A stretch of DNA of 20,879 nucleotides from a candidate division WOR-3 bacterium (GCA_965648915.1 CBFGIV010000039.1:1-20879), one strand, 5' to 3'. Counted from the first letter of the stretch, positions 1-8,653 are shown. Program-made: numbers and translations. The notes: a model not told the origin generated them from the sequence alone.

Positions 1-910
1 ACCAGAGTGAGTATCGGGGATAAGGAATGGTTTCAAGAAGAGACTTTCCATTTCTGGGAATCCAGGTAAGGCCATTATCAGTCGATTCAATATAATATGG
101 CCAGAGTAGAGTATCAGGGCCGATAGCCGTATCTCTCTGAAAATAGGCAAAGAGGTATCCACCAGTACCAAAACGGATATGGGGTGCATCATGGGTTCCA
201 ACCGTTGCACTGCCAGAGACAATCAATATCGGACCAGACCAGTTATAGCCTCCATCAGTCGAAAGCCAACCAAAGATATCTTTGCCACCTCCAGAACCAA
301 AATCGTAATATACGCCGGTTGTATAGATAATATTCGGATTGTCCGGACGGACGGCAATAGAAGGAAGCCACATATTGTGCTGAGGATTGCCTGACCCGGG
401 CATAACCCTTAGTATAAACCTCCCGATAGGGAAAGAATCAAAGGCAACGATTTGACAACTGGAATCGACATAGATACCATAGCGATAATATGCCTCATGC
501 CAGCAGCCATAGACAACTTCCTGGTTTACCCAGTAATAGGGCCGAGCATCAATTCCGCTATAGCACCGCCTATAATAGGGATATTGACCTGAAAATGGAC
601 CGAAGCCCCTCCAGGCTGAGCCACGATTTGTTGAATAAGCAATTTTAATAATAAAGATATTGTTTGGATCACCAGAGTATCCTCCGTAGATCACCGCAAT
701 ATTATTTCCGGTTGTATCAGCGCAGATATTCTTGCCGGCTGAACCCAATATGCTTCTTGGGTCTGGAACAGCATCGATTCTGGTCTGGAAAGATGCTATC
801 TTATTACGGGCATAATTCTCTGGACCATAAAAGACTTCGGGCATAACCCTGTTCTCAAAAGAAAAAGATTGAGTGATACATAATACTATCACAGAGACCA
901 ACCGAATCAT
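1..910 (-). CDS. Secreted BNR/Asp-box (sialidase-like beta-propeller) protein, 3'-partial (runs off the window edge)
   Basis: Hand translation from ATG at 910 is open for 303 codons to the edge: MIRLVSVIVLCITQSFSFENRV... (signal-peptide-like), with Asp-box motifs YSTNRGSAW, LSTDGGYNW and ESTDNGLTW. SD GGGAGG at 915-920. Absent from the ORF track because there is no stop in the window. Confidence 0.88.
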   Translation of the reverse strand, partial: MIRLVSVIVLCITQSFSFENRVMPEVFYGPENYARNKIASFQTRIDAVPDPRSILGSAGKNICADTTGNNIAVIYGGYSGDPNNIFIIKIAYSTNRGSAWRGFGPFSGQYPYYRRCYSGIDARPYYWVNQEVVYGCWHEAYYRYGIYVDSSCQIVAFDSFPIGRFILRVMPGSGNPQHNMWLPSIAVRPDNPNIIYTTGVYYDFGSGGGKDIFGWLSTDGGYNWSGPILIVSGSATVGTHDAPHIRFGTGGYLFAYFQRDTAIGPDTLLWPYYIESTDNGLTWIPRNGKSLLETIPYPRYSLW

Positions 911-938
911 AGGACCTCCCTGGTTAATGGCTGGTAAT

Positions 939-985
939 ATTATATGAGAATCTGTTGCGAGATTGTTGCGAAATTGTTGCGGAAA
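939..985 (-). promoter_or_regulatory. Putative activator-dependent promoter of the BNR gene
   Basis: Perfect TATAAT on the minus strand at 939-944. No TTGACA at 17-bp spacing (962-967 reads AACAAT); that position falls inside the phased repeats. Confidence 0.55.
953..985. repeat. Three tandem 11-bp direct repeats with TGTTGCG core
   Basis: TGTTGCGAGAT (953-963), TGTTGCGAAAT (964-974), TGTTGCGGAAA (975-985). Confidence 0.9.
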
Positions 986-1049
986 TATAATAACTTAAGA
1001 AAATTCGGAAGTTTAAGAATTGTAATCCTTTATAAAATTTAGCGGTAGC

Positions 1050-1739
1050 CTATTCCCTCTTCACGAAGTCGATCAACTCTTTGACATATTCGAGAAGGGT
1101 ATCGAATCTGCCTTTAAGTTCAAAATAGAGTTTCTTATAATCAACATCCCCTTCTTTCTCGGTCTTCTGTCTGTTAACTTCGATATAATCCTTCTTGATG
1201 ATTGGAATAATACCCGCGACCCTCTTCTCCTTCTCTGCGTAATCAAGTTTTTCCGCATCTTCGGTAAAACCTTCTTCCCGCAACCATTGACGCGGGTCGA
1301 CATATTGCCGGGTAGCCTCTTTCTTTAGCCATATCTCCCGGGCAAATTCAAGATCGGCGTTTACCTGGGGATATAACTCCCGAACTGCATTTATAAATAT
1401 CATAGGAAAATTATCATCATCTTCATCATACTTTATCAATCGATACTCTCTGTATTCCTTTTCAAAGTCAGATTTAATTTTCAGGTCCTTCTCTTGATAA
1501 TAACCCAATATGGGCGGAATATCGATATACAACTTCAGGCAGAGGCGGAAGATGGTGCGGCGGGATACAATCTCGTGAAGCAAATGGATATTACAGATGA
1601 TCAGCTTAATTCGTTGCTGGAATTTACAGATCATCTCAAGGGCCTGAATCGTGGAGGAAATACCCGTGATTCTTTCTCTGGGCAGGAGATCGAGTATCAT
1701 CTCTCTTGTATGGAGGTCGGATTCGATTAAGAGAATCAT
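1050..1739 (-). CDS. Hypothetical protein with an N-terminal atypical (pseudo-)receiver domain and a C-terminal coiled-coil
   Basis: 229 aa. MILLIESD...EMILDLL...QALEMI...IKLIICNI matches the CheY-like beta1-alpha1-alpha2-beta3 pattern, with Asn at the phospho-Asp position. C-terminal heptad YKKLYFELKGRFDTLLEYVKELIDF. Confidence 0.65.
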   Translation of the reverse strand: MILLIESDLHTREMILDLLPRERITGISSTIQALEMICKFQQRIKLIICNIHLLHEIVSRRTIFRLCLKLYIDIPPILGYYQEKDLKIKSDFEKEYREYRLIKYDEDDDNFPMIFINAVRELYPQVNADLEFAREIWLKKEATRQYVDPRQWLREEGFTEDAEKLDYAEKEKRVAGIIPIIKKDYIEVNRQKTEKEGDVDYKKLYFELKGRFDTLLEYVKELIDFVKRE

Positions 1740-1746
1740 AATTATA

Positions 1747-1774
1747 ATTATCTATGGAATTGCTTTTTTGTCAA
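1747..1774 (-). promoter_or_regulatory. Sigma70-type promoter, probably producing a leaderless mRNA
   Basis: TTGACA (1769-1774), 16 bp, GATAAT (1747-1752), then 7 nt to the ATG at 1739. No SD. Confidence 0.6.
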
Positions 1775-1794
1775 TCTTTAGTTGGTAAGAAATT

Positions 1795-1827
1795 AAAAAA
1801 GAGGCTGACATTCATTGTCAGCCTCTT
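1795..1827 (-). terminator. Rho-independent terminator of the FG-GAP gene
   Basis: Stem GAGGCTGACA (1801-1810) / TGTCAGCCTC (1816-1825), 5-nt loop, U6 tail on the minus strand (A-run 1795-1800). Confidence 0.9.
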
Positions 1828-1857
1828 CAGTTATAGAGTTTACTTATCGGAAAGTCT

Positions 1858-2940
1858 TCAGTGCACGATAACCATCCGCTTTGTCGTTATTATATGGCCG
1901 GTCTTCAACTGCACAAGATAAACACCTGCGGATAGATTCCGGACATCCCAGCTGAAACGATGTTCACCAGCTTCTTCAAACCGGCTTATGGGCTTTGCAA
2001 CTAACCTTCCATCCCCAGCATAGATCCCAATTTCAACCAATCCTCGGTTCTGAAGCGAATAACTGATCAGCGCTTTGTTCTTAACCGGATTCGGCGCAAG
2101 ATACAACCCTTCGACTGAGAGACCATTCTCTTTTCCCGAGCCGATTTCTAATGTAGCATTTTCGCAGAGATGAACGTATCCATTTGAAGTGCTGATCAGC
2201 AGATCAAGATCGCCATCACCACGCCAGTCGCTAAAGGCGATGCGGGCAATAGAACCGCCGACATTTATGGGTGTGCCGGCGGTGGTCTTGAGCGTCTCAT
2301 AGGCGGCGTTGAAACGGGGTGCAGCATTCGTGCCCACATTCTTATAGAAGTAGATATAGCACGGATAATAGGTTCCGACGATCAGATCTTTCAGATTGTC
2401 ACCATCCAGGTCATAAACGACGGCAGTATTGCGGAAGAGCTTAATAGGATTACTACCAGCGTTTATGTAAGAATAGTTACCAAAGCGGGGTGCTGTGTTG
2501 GTTCCGGTATTCAAGAAGACCCAGATCGAACCAACAGTCGGGGTTGTGTCCTGCCGGGCGACGATCAGGTCTTTCTTACCATCTTCATTCCAGTCGTTGA
2601 TGAACGGAAAACTGTTATAGCCGACATCAATATCAACCTGGGTTGTAGCACTGTCACGTTTAATGTGTGTACCAGCGGTCAGGAAAACTGAATCGCCAAA
2701 GACCGGATTATTATTTGTGCCGATATTTCTGTAATAGCGAATCTTGCCGTAGTAGAACTGTCCCACAAGGAGATCTTTTTTTCCATCACCATCCCAATCG
2801 TAAACAAATGGAGACCCATAACATTCGACATATATATTCTTGCCATTAGATTGAATATAGACCGGGTTGAGGAAACGAGGTGCCGCTGCATAGACCGAAA
2901 CGAGTCCGAAGATTAAGAGAAAAACGAACAGTCTACACAT
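1858..2940 (-). CDS. Secreted FG-GAP/VCBS-repeat protein with T9SS type A C-terminal sorting domain
   Basis: Signal peptide. Four repeats: DWDGDGKKDLLVG, DWNEDGKKDLIVA, DLDGDNLKDLIVG, DWRGDGDLDLLIS. CTD pattern PNP...IY..DGRLV...LSAGVYLV...KRMVIVH. SD AGGAGG at 2945-2950. Confidence 0.9.
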   Translation of the reverse strand: MCRLFVFLLIFGLVSVYAAAPRFLNPVYIQSNGKNIYVECYGSPFVYDWDGDGKKDLLVGQFYYGKIRYYRNIGTNNNPVFGDSVFLTAGTHIKRDSATTQVDIDVGYNSFPFINDWNEDGKKDLIVARQDTTPTVGSIWVFLNTGTNTAPRFGNYSYINAGSNPIKLFRNTAVVYDLDGDNLKDLIVGTYYPCYIYFYKNVGTNAAPRFNAAYETLKTTAGTPINVGGSIARIAFSDWRGDGDLDLLISTSNGYVHLCENATLEIGSGKENGLSVEGLYLAPNPVKNKALISYSLQNRGLVEIGIYAGDGRLVAKPISRFEEAGEHRFSWDVRNLSAGVYLVQLKTGHIITTKRMVIVH

Positions 2941-3031
2941 AAAACCTCCTTGTCGAAAAGAGATGATCTAAGTATTATAAGTTTAATCAGTGATAGAAAT
3001 TTGTCATAGTAAAGATGAAAGCGATTTTTTC

Positions 3032-3059
3032 TTGACCAAATCTATTTTCTGGATAAGAT
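3032..3059 (+). promoter_or_regulatory. Putative sigma70 promoter of the tldD-pyr operon
   Basis: TTGACC (3032-3037), 16 bp, TAAGAT (3054-3059), 18 nt before the ATG. Confidence 0.45.
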
Positions 3060-3077
3060 ACTAACCAGGGAAAAAGA

Positions 3078-4505
3078 ATGAAGAAATTAATCAACGAAGC
3101 GATCGATACCCTGAGAAAGAAAAGAGTGGATTACGGTGATATAAGAATTGTTGAAACTCAGGACGAGTTTATCCGGGTCAAAAATGGTATTGTCGAGGCG
3201 ATCAGTTGGACAACCGATTTCGGGTTCGGCGTCCGGGTCTTAAAAGATGGTGGCTGGGGGTTTTCTTCAAGTGCCAATGTTGTCAGAGGGGAGATCAACA
3301 AAAGAATTAAAGAAGCACTCATAATCGCCGCCGCATCGGCCTCGGTCCAGCCTCATACTGTCCATCTCAGTCCGGTTGAAATCTATAAGGCTAAATACCG
3401 AACTCCTTATCAGATCGATCCATTTACGATTTCTCTGGAAGATAAAATAGGCCTTCTCTTATCAATTAATAAAGTCCTCCAGCAGGATCAGAATATTAAA
3501 TTAACAAATCTTGTCCTGGTCTTTAGCAAGATTAAAAAACTTTTTGGATCGACTGAGGGTTCGTTTATTGAGCAGGAGATTGTCGAGTCGGGTGGTGCAA
3601 TTGCTGCTTATGCGATGAGGAACGGTGAAGTCCAGCGCCGCTCTTTTGAGAATTATCATCAGGCTGGATATGAATTCATCACCGGTCTCGACCTTAAAAG
3701 CCAGGCGGAACGGATCCGGGAAGAGGCGGTTATGCTCCTCTCGGCGCCAAATTGCCCAGCAGAGATTGCGACGGTGATCATCGGTTCCCATCAAATGGTC
3801 CTTCAGGTGCACGAATCCTGCGGACACCCCACCGAACTCGATCGGGTTCTCGGCACCGAGGCCTCATATGCCGGGACAAGCTTTCTGACCCTCGATAAAC
3901 TTAACAATCTAAGATATGGTTCGGATAAAGTGAGCATCTATGCTGATGCTACGGCTGAAGGCGGCCTGGGGACTTTCGGGTTTGATGACGAGGGAGTTCC
4001 AGCCCAGCGCGTCCCCCTGGTCAAAGACGGTTTGTTCGTCGGTTATCTTTCATCAAGAGAGACCGCCAGCCGGATCAATCAGAAATCTTCCGGAGCAATG
4101 CGCGCCGATGGCTGGAATCGGATCCCGTTAATCCGGATGACCAATATCAATCTCGAACCGGGTGAATGGAATTTTGAGGATTTACTGACTGATACGGAAA
4201 ACGGTGTCTATCTGGAGACAAACAAGTCCTGGTCAATCGATGACCGCCGCCTCAATTTTCAATTTGGCACGGAAATTGCTTGGCGGATCAAGAACGGTCG
4301 ACTCACCGAAGTCTATAAGAATCCGACCTATACGGGTATTACCCCAGTATTCTGGAACAGTTGTGATGCAGTCTGTAATTCAAAGCACTGGACGATGTGG
4401 GGTGTGCCCAACTGCGGTAAAGGAGAACCGGGACAAACCGCCCATGTTGGCCATGGAACTGTTCCAGCACGATTTCGCAATGTCCAGATCGGTGTTGCGC
4501 AGTAA
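3078..4505 (+). CDS. tldD: TldD/PmbA family metallopeptidase, catalytic TldD type
   Basis: 475 aa. HExxGH motif (VHESCGHPTE), FDDEG, RMTN and C-terminal CGKGEPGQ. Confidence 0.92.
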   Translation: MKKLINEAIDTLRKKRVDYGDIRIVETQDEFIRVKNGIVEAISWTTDFGFGVRVLKDGGWGFSSSANVVRGEINKRIKEALIIAAASASVQPHTVHLSPVEIYKAKYRTPYQIDPFTISLEDKIGLLLSINKVLQQDQNIKLTNLVLVFSKIKKLFGSTEGSFIEQEIVESGGAIAAYAMRNGEVQRRSFENYHQAGYEFITGLDLKSQAERIREEAVMLLSAPNCPAEIATVIIGSHQMVLQVHESCGHPTELDRVLGTEASYAGTSFLTLDKLNNLRYGSDKVSIYADATAEGGLGTFGFDDEGVPAQRVPLVKDGLFVGYLSSRETASRINQKSSGAMRADGWNRIPLIRMTNINLEPGEWNFEDLLTDTENGVYLETNKSWSIDDRRLNFQFGTEIAWRIKNGRLTEVYKNPTYTGITPVFWNSCDAVCNSKHWTMWGVPNCGKGEPGQTAHVGHGTVPARFRNVQIGVAQ

Positions 4506-4512
4506 GTAGTCA

Positions 4513-5799
4513 ATGAAAAATCTGCTCTGTTTCCTAACTCTTTTTATAGCCTGTGCCTATTTTAATACCTTTTACAATGCCCAGCATTACTACAAACAGG
4601 CGATGGCCGCTAAAAGTAAAGACTCCAGTAAGGTCCAGGAGTCAACATTGGAACTGTTCGACAAATCGATCGAGAAGTCAGCCCTGATTATAAAAAAGCA
4701 TCCCCGTTCAAGATGGGTCGATAACGCCCTGCTCCTGATGGGTAAAGCCTACTATCAAAAGGGTGAATATGTTCGGGCCCGGGATAAATTTGAGGCCTTA
4801 GAACTCTTCTATCCTGATTCCCGATTAAGAAGTGAAGGGGCTTTCTACCGAGGGCTGTGTTATATTGAGGAGAAGAATTATGGGTTTGCGGTGGCCGTCT
4901 TCAATGAACTGGCGGAAAGAGATTCAAGATACAAAGAAGTCTGTAATTTTAAGATTGGTCTGATATACTTTCTCCAGCAGGAGTACAGTAAGGTCATAGA
5001 ACATTACAAATCTTTTCTTAACTATTATCCCCGGAGTCGGTATCGGGTTGAGGCGTGGTCCTTAATGGGCAAGTCCGCGTTTGAAATGAAAGACTACAAT
5101 AGCGCCCTAAACTACTACTATTCGGCCTTGAACAGAGTGAAAATCAGGGAGCAGGCAAAGGAAATTAAATTGAATATTATCCAATGTCAGATTGCGATTA
5201 AGGACTATGAAAATGGTTTACGCAGTCTGAAAGATGCAACTGAACCAGAGTTTCTGATTATGAAGGCTAAGATTCTCAATGCCGCGGGCAAAAAAGACGA
5301 ACAACTTAAGTTGTTAATGAGCCTGAGCAAAGATCAATTAACAAATGAACTTATGGCTGAAGTCTTTTGTGAAATTGGTTCATTATACAAAGAAAAGAAC
5401 GCTTACGACAGCGCCCTGATCTATTTCGATTCAGCATATGCACGTTCCTCAACTTCACTGTGGGGAGAAAATAGTATCAAGTGCAAGCAGACAATAAATA
5501 AGATCCTTGAATATCAGGCCCTGAGCAAAGAAGACCCGGCAAGGGCCCAATTTCTCCTTGCCGAACTATATTTCGTCAACCTCAGCGATACTAACCGCGC
5601 GCTCAGTGAATATGAGAAGGTTTACCGAGAATATCCCAAGAGTGAATTTGCTCCCAAGGCGATGTATGCCTGGGCCTGGATTCAGGAATATTTCTTAAAA
5701 CAGGACAGCATCGCTAAGGCCTCCTACCGGCTATTGATCGAAAAATATCCCAACACTGAATACAGTAATGCTGCCCGGGAAAAACTCAGGGGGCAGTAG
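4513..5799 (+). CDS. Tetratricopeptide-repeat lipoprotein (BamD/YfiO- or SprE/PorW-like)
   Basis: 428 aa. Lipobox LFIA-C14, then AYFNTFYNA. Multiple TPRs (HPRSRWVDNALLLMGKAYY, YPKSEFAPKAMY, YPNTEYSNAAREKL). Confidence 0.82.
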   Translation: MKNLLCFLTLFIACAYFNTFYNAQHYYKQAMAAKSKDSSKVQESTLELFDKSIEKSALIIKKHPRSRWVDNALLLMGKAYYQKGEYVRARDKFEALELFYPDSRLRSEGAFYRGLCYIEEKNYGFAVAVFNELAERDSRYKEVCNFKIGLIYFLQQEYSKVIEHYKSFLNYYPRSRYRVEAWSLMGKSAFEMKDYNSALNYYYSALNRVKIREQAKEIKLNIIQCQIAIKDYENGLRSLKDATEPEFLIMKAKILNAAGKKDEQLKLLMSLSKDQLTNELMAEVFCEIGSLYKEKNAYDSALIYFDSAYARSSTSLWGENSIKCKQTINKILEYQALSKEDPARAQFLLAELYFVNLSDTNRALSEYEKVYREYPKSEFAPKAMYAWAWIQEYFLKQDSIAKASYRLLIEKYPNTEYSNAAREKLRGQ

Positions 5800-6558
5800 A
5801 TGTTATATATCCAGGGAGTCATTAAAGAGAAGACCATCCTCACCCCCGAGATCTTCGGTCTCTGGGTTTCAGCCCCGGAGATCAGTCAGATGGTTCAACC
5901 GGGGCAGTTCGTTAATGTCCGGGTCACCCAGGGTTGCGAGCCTTTTCTCAATCGTCCTTTCAGTGTGGCTGATACTTCTGGCAACGCTATTTACCTTGTA
6001 ATAAAAATTGTTGGTCAGGGAACAGAAATACTCCACCACCGGCGGATCGGTGATAAATTGGGCATCCTGGGCCCGCTGGGTAAGCCGGTTAAAATACCTG
6101 AGCAGCGTAAGGTACTTTTAGTAGGTGGTGGGGTTGGTCTTGCCCCGCTCTACTTCCTGGCCAAAAGAATAAAAAACAACAATGAGTTACACTTAATTAT
6201 GGGAGCAAAGCGACGACCGGATCTGATAATGAAGAAAGACTTTCTCAAACTTACCAAAAATATTTCAATCGCCACTGAAGATGGCTCTTCAGGAACAAAA
6301 GGAACGGCGGTTACATTGCTCAAGCGTTTATTAAAAAAAGAGTCTTTCGACCTCATCTATACCTGTGGTCCTCGCGCAATGTTAATCGCGATAAAAGACC
6401 TACACTTAAAAATTCCCGCCCTGGCTTTTATTGAAGATTTTTTGGGTTGCGGCTGTGGTATCTGTCTGGGTTGCGCAATTAAAGTAAACAATGAGTACAA
6501 ACGGATCTGCACTGATGGTCCGGTTTTTGATTTAAGGAAGGTCTCTTTTGGCAATTAG
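5800..6558 (+). CDS. pyrK: Dihydroorotate dehydrogenase B electron transfer subunit
   Basis: PGQF, RPFS, VGGGVGLAP, CGP and [2Fe-2S] motif CGCGICLGC...RICTDGPVF. Sits directly upstream of pyrD. Confidence 0.93.
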   Translation: MLYIQGVIKEKTILTPEIFGLWVSAPEISQMVQPGQFVNVRVTQGCEPFLNRPFSVADTSGNAIYLVIKIVGQGTEILHHRRIGDKLGILGPLGKPVKIPEQRKVLLVGGGVGLAPLYFLAKRIKNNNELHLIMGAKRRPDLIMKKDFLKLTKNISIATEDGSSGTKGTAVTLLKRLLKKESFDLIYTCGPRAMLIAIKDLHLKIPALAFIEDFLGCGCGICLGCAIKVNNEYKRICTDGPVFDLRKVSFGN

Positions 6559-7378
6559 ACTCTTTGGTCAATATTTTAACAACCCGGTCTTTTTAGCCTC
6601 AGGCGTTTATGGCTATGGACTTGATTTTCCGGAAGTTGTTGAACAAGTCGGAGCAATCTTCACCAAAGGGATTACAAAAAAACCACGGGTTGGCAATCCT
6701 CCGCCCCGTTTAATCGAAGTCACGGCCGGAGCCATAAATTCAGTAGGGCTGGAGAATGTGGGGATCGATGCCTTTATCAAAAAGATTCTGCCTAAATTGA
6801 AAAAGAGCAAGATCAAAATTTTTGTCAATATTGCCGGCAACTCAATCGAAGAGTATTGTTATCTGGCTCGAGCCCTTGATGGAGAAGTAACCGGTATCGA
6901 ACTTAACATCTCCTGCCCCAATGTTCGCAACGGCTTAATCTTCGGACAGGACCCCAGGATGACCAGCCGCCTCGTTGCCCGGGTGCGCCGGGAGACTAAA
7001 CTTCCCATCATTGTAAAATTGACTCCGAATTTCTGTAACATTGTAAATGTCGCCCGCGCGGCTGAAGATAGTGGTGCTGATGGCCTTTCGCTGATTAATA
7101 CCCTACACGGTATTCTCTTTGATCTCAATAAAAAGAGACCAAGATTGATTGGTGGCCTTTCCGGCCCGGCGATAAAACCCTTTGCCCTCTACTGCGTTTA
7201 CAAGGTTAAAGAAGCAGTTAAGATTCCTATTATTGGCATCGGTGGTATTATGAACGGTCGTGATGCCTACGAATATCTTCTTGCTGGAGCAAAGGCAGTA
7301 GGACTCGGTTCGGTCTGTCTAATAAATCCTTATGCTCCACTTAAGATAATTGCTGAACTGGCTGCGTTGATGCGCTAA
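6548..7378 (+). CDS. pyrD: Dihydroorotate dehydrogenase family 1B, catalytic subunit
   Basis: GNPPPR, NSVGLEN, NISCPN (catalytic Cys), KLTPN, GGLSGPAIKP. TTG start overlapping the end of pyrK. Confidence 0.95.
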   Translation: MAIRLFGQYFNNPVFLASGVYGYGLDFPEVVEQVGAIFTKGITKKPRVGNPPPRLIEVTAGAINSVGLENVGIDAFIKKILPKLKKSKIKIFVNIAGNSIEEYCYLARALDGEVTGIELNISCPNVRNGLIFGQDPRMTSRLVARVRRETKLPIIVKLTPNFCNIVNVARAAEDSGADGLSLINTLHGILFDLNKKRPRLIGGLSGPAIKPFALYCVYKVKEAVKIPIIGIGGIMNGRDAYEYLLAGAKAVGLGSVCLINPYAPLKIIAELAALMR

Positions 7379-7388
7379 AGGAGTCACA

Positions 7389-8105
7389 ATGAAAGACAAG
7401 ATAATCATCCCGCTCGATTTTATCGACTTAAATTCAGTAAAAAAGATCGTTGAAAAATTAAACGGACTGATCGACTTTTATAAAGTTGGTAGCACCCTTT
7501 TTACCCGATTCGGTCCAAAGGTCATTGAATACTTAAAGACAAATAAGAAACGTGTCTTTCTCGATCTTAAATATCACGACATACCATCGCAGGTCGCAGG
7601 TGCCTGTGAGGCAGCCGTCGATATCGGTGTTGATATGCTCAATCTCCATACCCTTGGTGGTTTTGAGATGATGGAAGCAGCAGTAAAGGGTGTCTATCTG
7701 AGATGCGAACAGAAAAAAATTGCCAAACCGATCCTCCTCGGCGTTACCATCCTGACCAGTATTGATGAAGCAAGTTTCAGTGATCTCTTTGGCGATATCA
7801 AACGGACGCTTGATGAACAGGTCTTATTCCTTGCCGATCTTGCCCGCTCCGCCGGCCTCGATGGTGTGGTCGCCTCACCCCAGGAGGTAAAGATCATCAA
7901 GCAAAAATTGGGCAAAGAATTTATTGTCGTTACCCCGGGTGTCCGGCCTGAAGGTGAAGATATTGATGACCATTCCCGGCTTCTTACGCCCCGCGCCGCA
8001 ATTGAAGCGGGGGCTGACTATCTGGTTATCGGCCGACCGATAACCCATGCGCCCGATCCCCGTAAAGCAGTAGAGAAGATTATCGCTTCGCTGGAGAAAA
8101 GATGA
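7389..8105 (+). CDS. pyrF: Orotidine-5'-phosphate decarboxylase
   Basis: FLDLKYHDIP, VTILTS, VTPGVRP, LVIGRPI. SD AAGGAG. Confidence 0.96.
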   Translation: MKDKIIIPLDFIDLNSVKKIVEKLNGLIDFYKVGSTLFTRFGPKVIEYLKTNKKRVFLDLKYHDIPSQVAGACEAAVDIGVDMLNLHTLGGFEMMEAAVKGVYLRCEQKKIAKPILLGVTILTSIDEASFSDLFGDIKRTLDEQVLFLADLARSAGLDGVVASPQEVKIIKQKLGKEFIVVTPGVRPEGEDIDDHSRLLTPRAAIEAGADYLVIGRPITHAPDPRKAVEKIIASLEKR

Positions 8106-8653
8106 ATATCGAAAAATATCTCTTAAAAAGAAAGGTCCTAAGACGCGGCCACTTTCTTTTGAGTTCAGGCCTGCACAGCGATCTCTATTTTGAAAAATTT
8201 CGCATCCTCGAAGATCCACGGGCAACTAGAAAACTATGCAAATTTATTGTAGAACAGTTTAAAGACAAAGGTATCGAATGGGTTATCGGACCGGTAACCG
8301 GTGGATATATAATCGCCTATGAAGTAGCCCGAAATCTCAAATGTTACTGTGGCGTTGCCGAGTTGAAAGAGGGCAAGAGAATTATCGGTCGGGAGTTCGC
8401 AATTGAAAATAAAAAAATTCTTATTACGGACGATGTCTTAACTACCGGGGGGTCAATAATTACCACAATTGAAGCGATCCGGGAGAAGAAAGGTAACATC
8501 GTCGGAATTGCGGTCCTGATCGACCGCTCGACTGCTCTAATGCCATTTGAATATTATGCGGTATTTAAAAAATCGATCACCAATTTTGCCCCCAATGAAT
8601 GCCCCCTCTGTAAAAAGGGCCTGAAATTGATTCGACCAGGATCGGTTAAGTGA
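8102..8653 (+). CDS. pyrE: Orotate phosphoribosyltransferase (Thermus-type)
   Basis: GHFLLSSGLHS..YFEK, PRPP loop ITDDVLTTGGS, C-terminal CPLC..G...PGS. ATGA overlap with pyrF. Confidence 0.93.
   Translation: MNIEKYLLKRKVLRRGHFLLSSGLHSDLYFEKFRILEDPRATRKLCKFIVEQFKDKGIEWVIGPVTGGYIIAYEVARNLKCYCGVAELKEGKRIIGREFAIENKKILITDDVLTTGGSIITTIEAIREKKGNIVGIAVLIDRSTALMPFEYYAVFKKSITNFAPNECPLCKKGLKLIRPGSVK

Noticed and set aside
179..846. Plus-strand ORFs 179-394 and 664-846
   Set aside because: Antisense shadows of the minus-strand BNR gene (1-910), which has an SD, a signal peptide and Asp-boxes.
1073..8225. Short alternative-frame and antisense ORFs inside the receiver-like, FG-GAP, tldD and pyr genes
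   Set aside because: They overlap well-supported genes and show no motifs.
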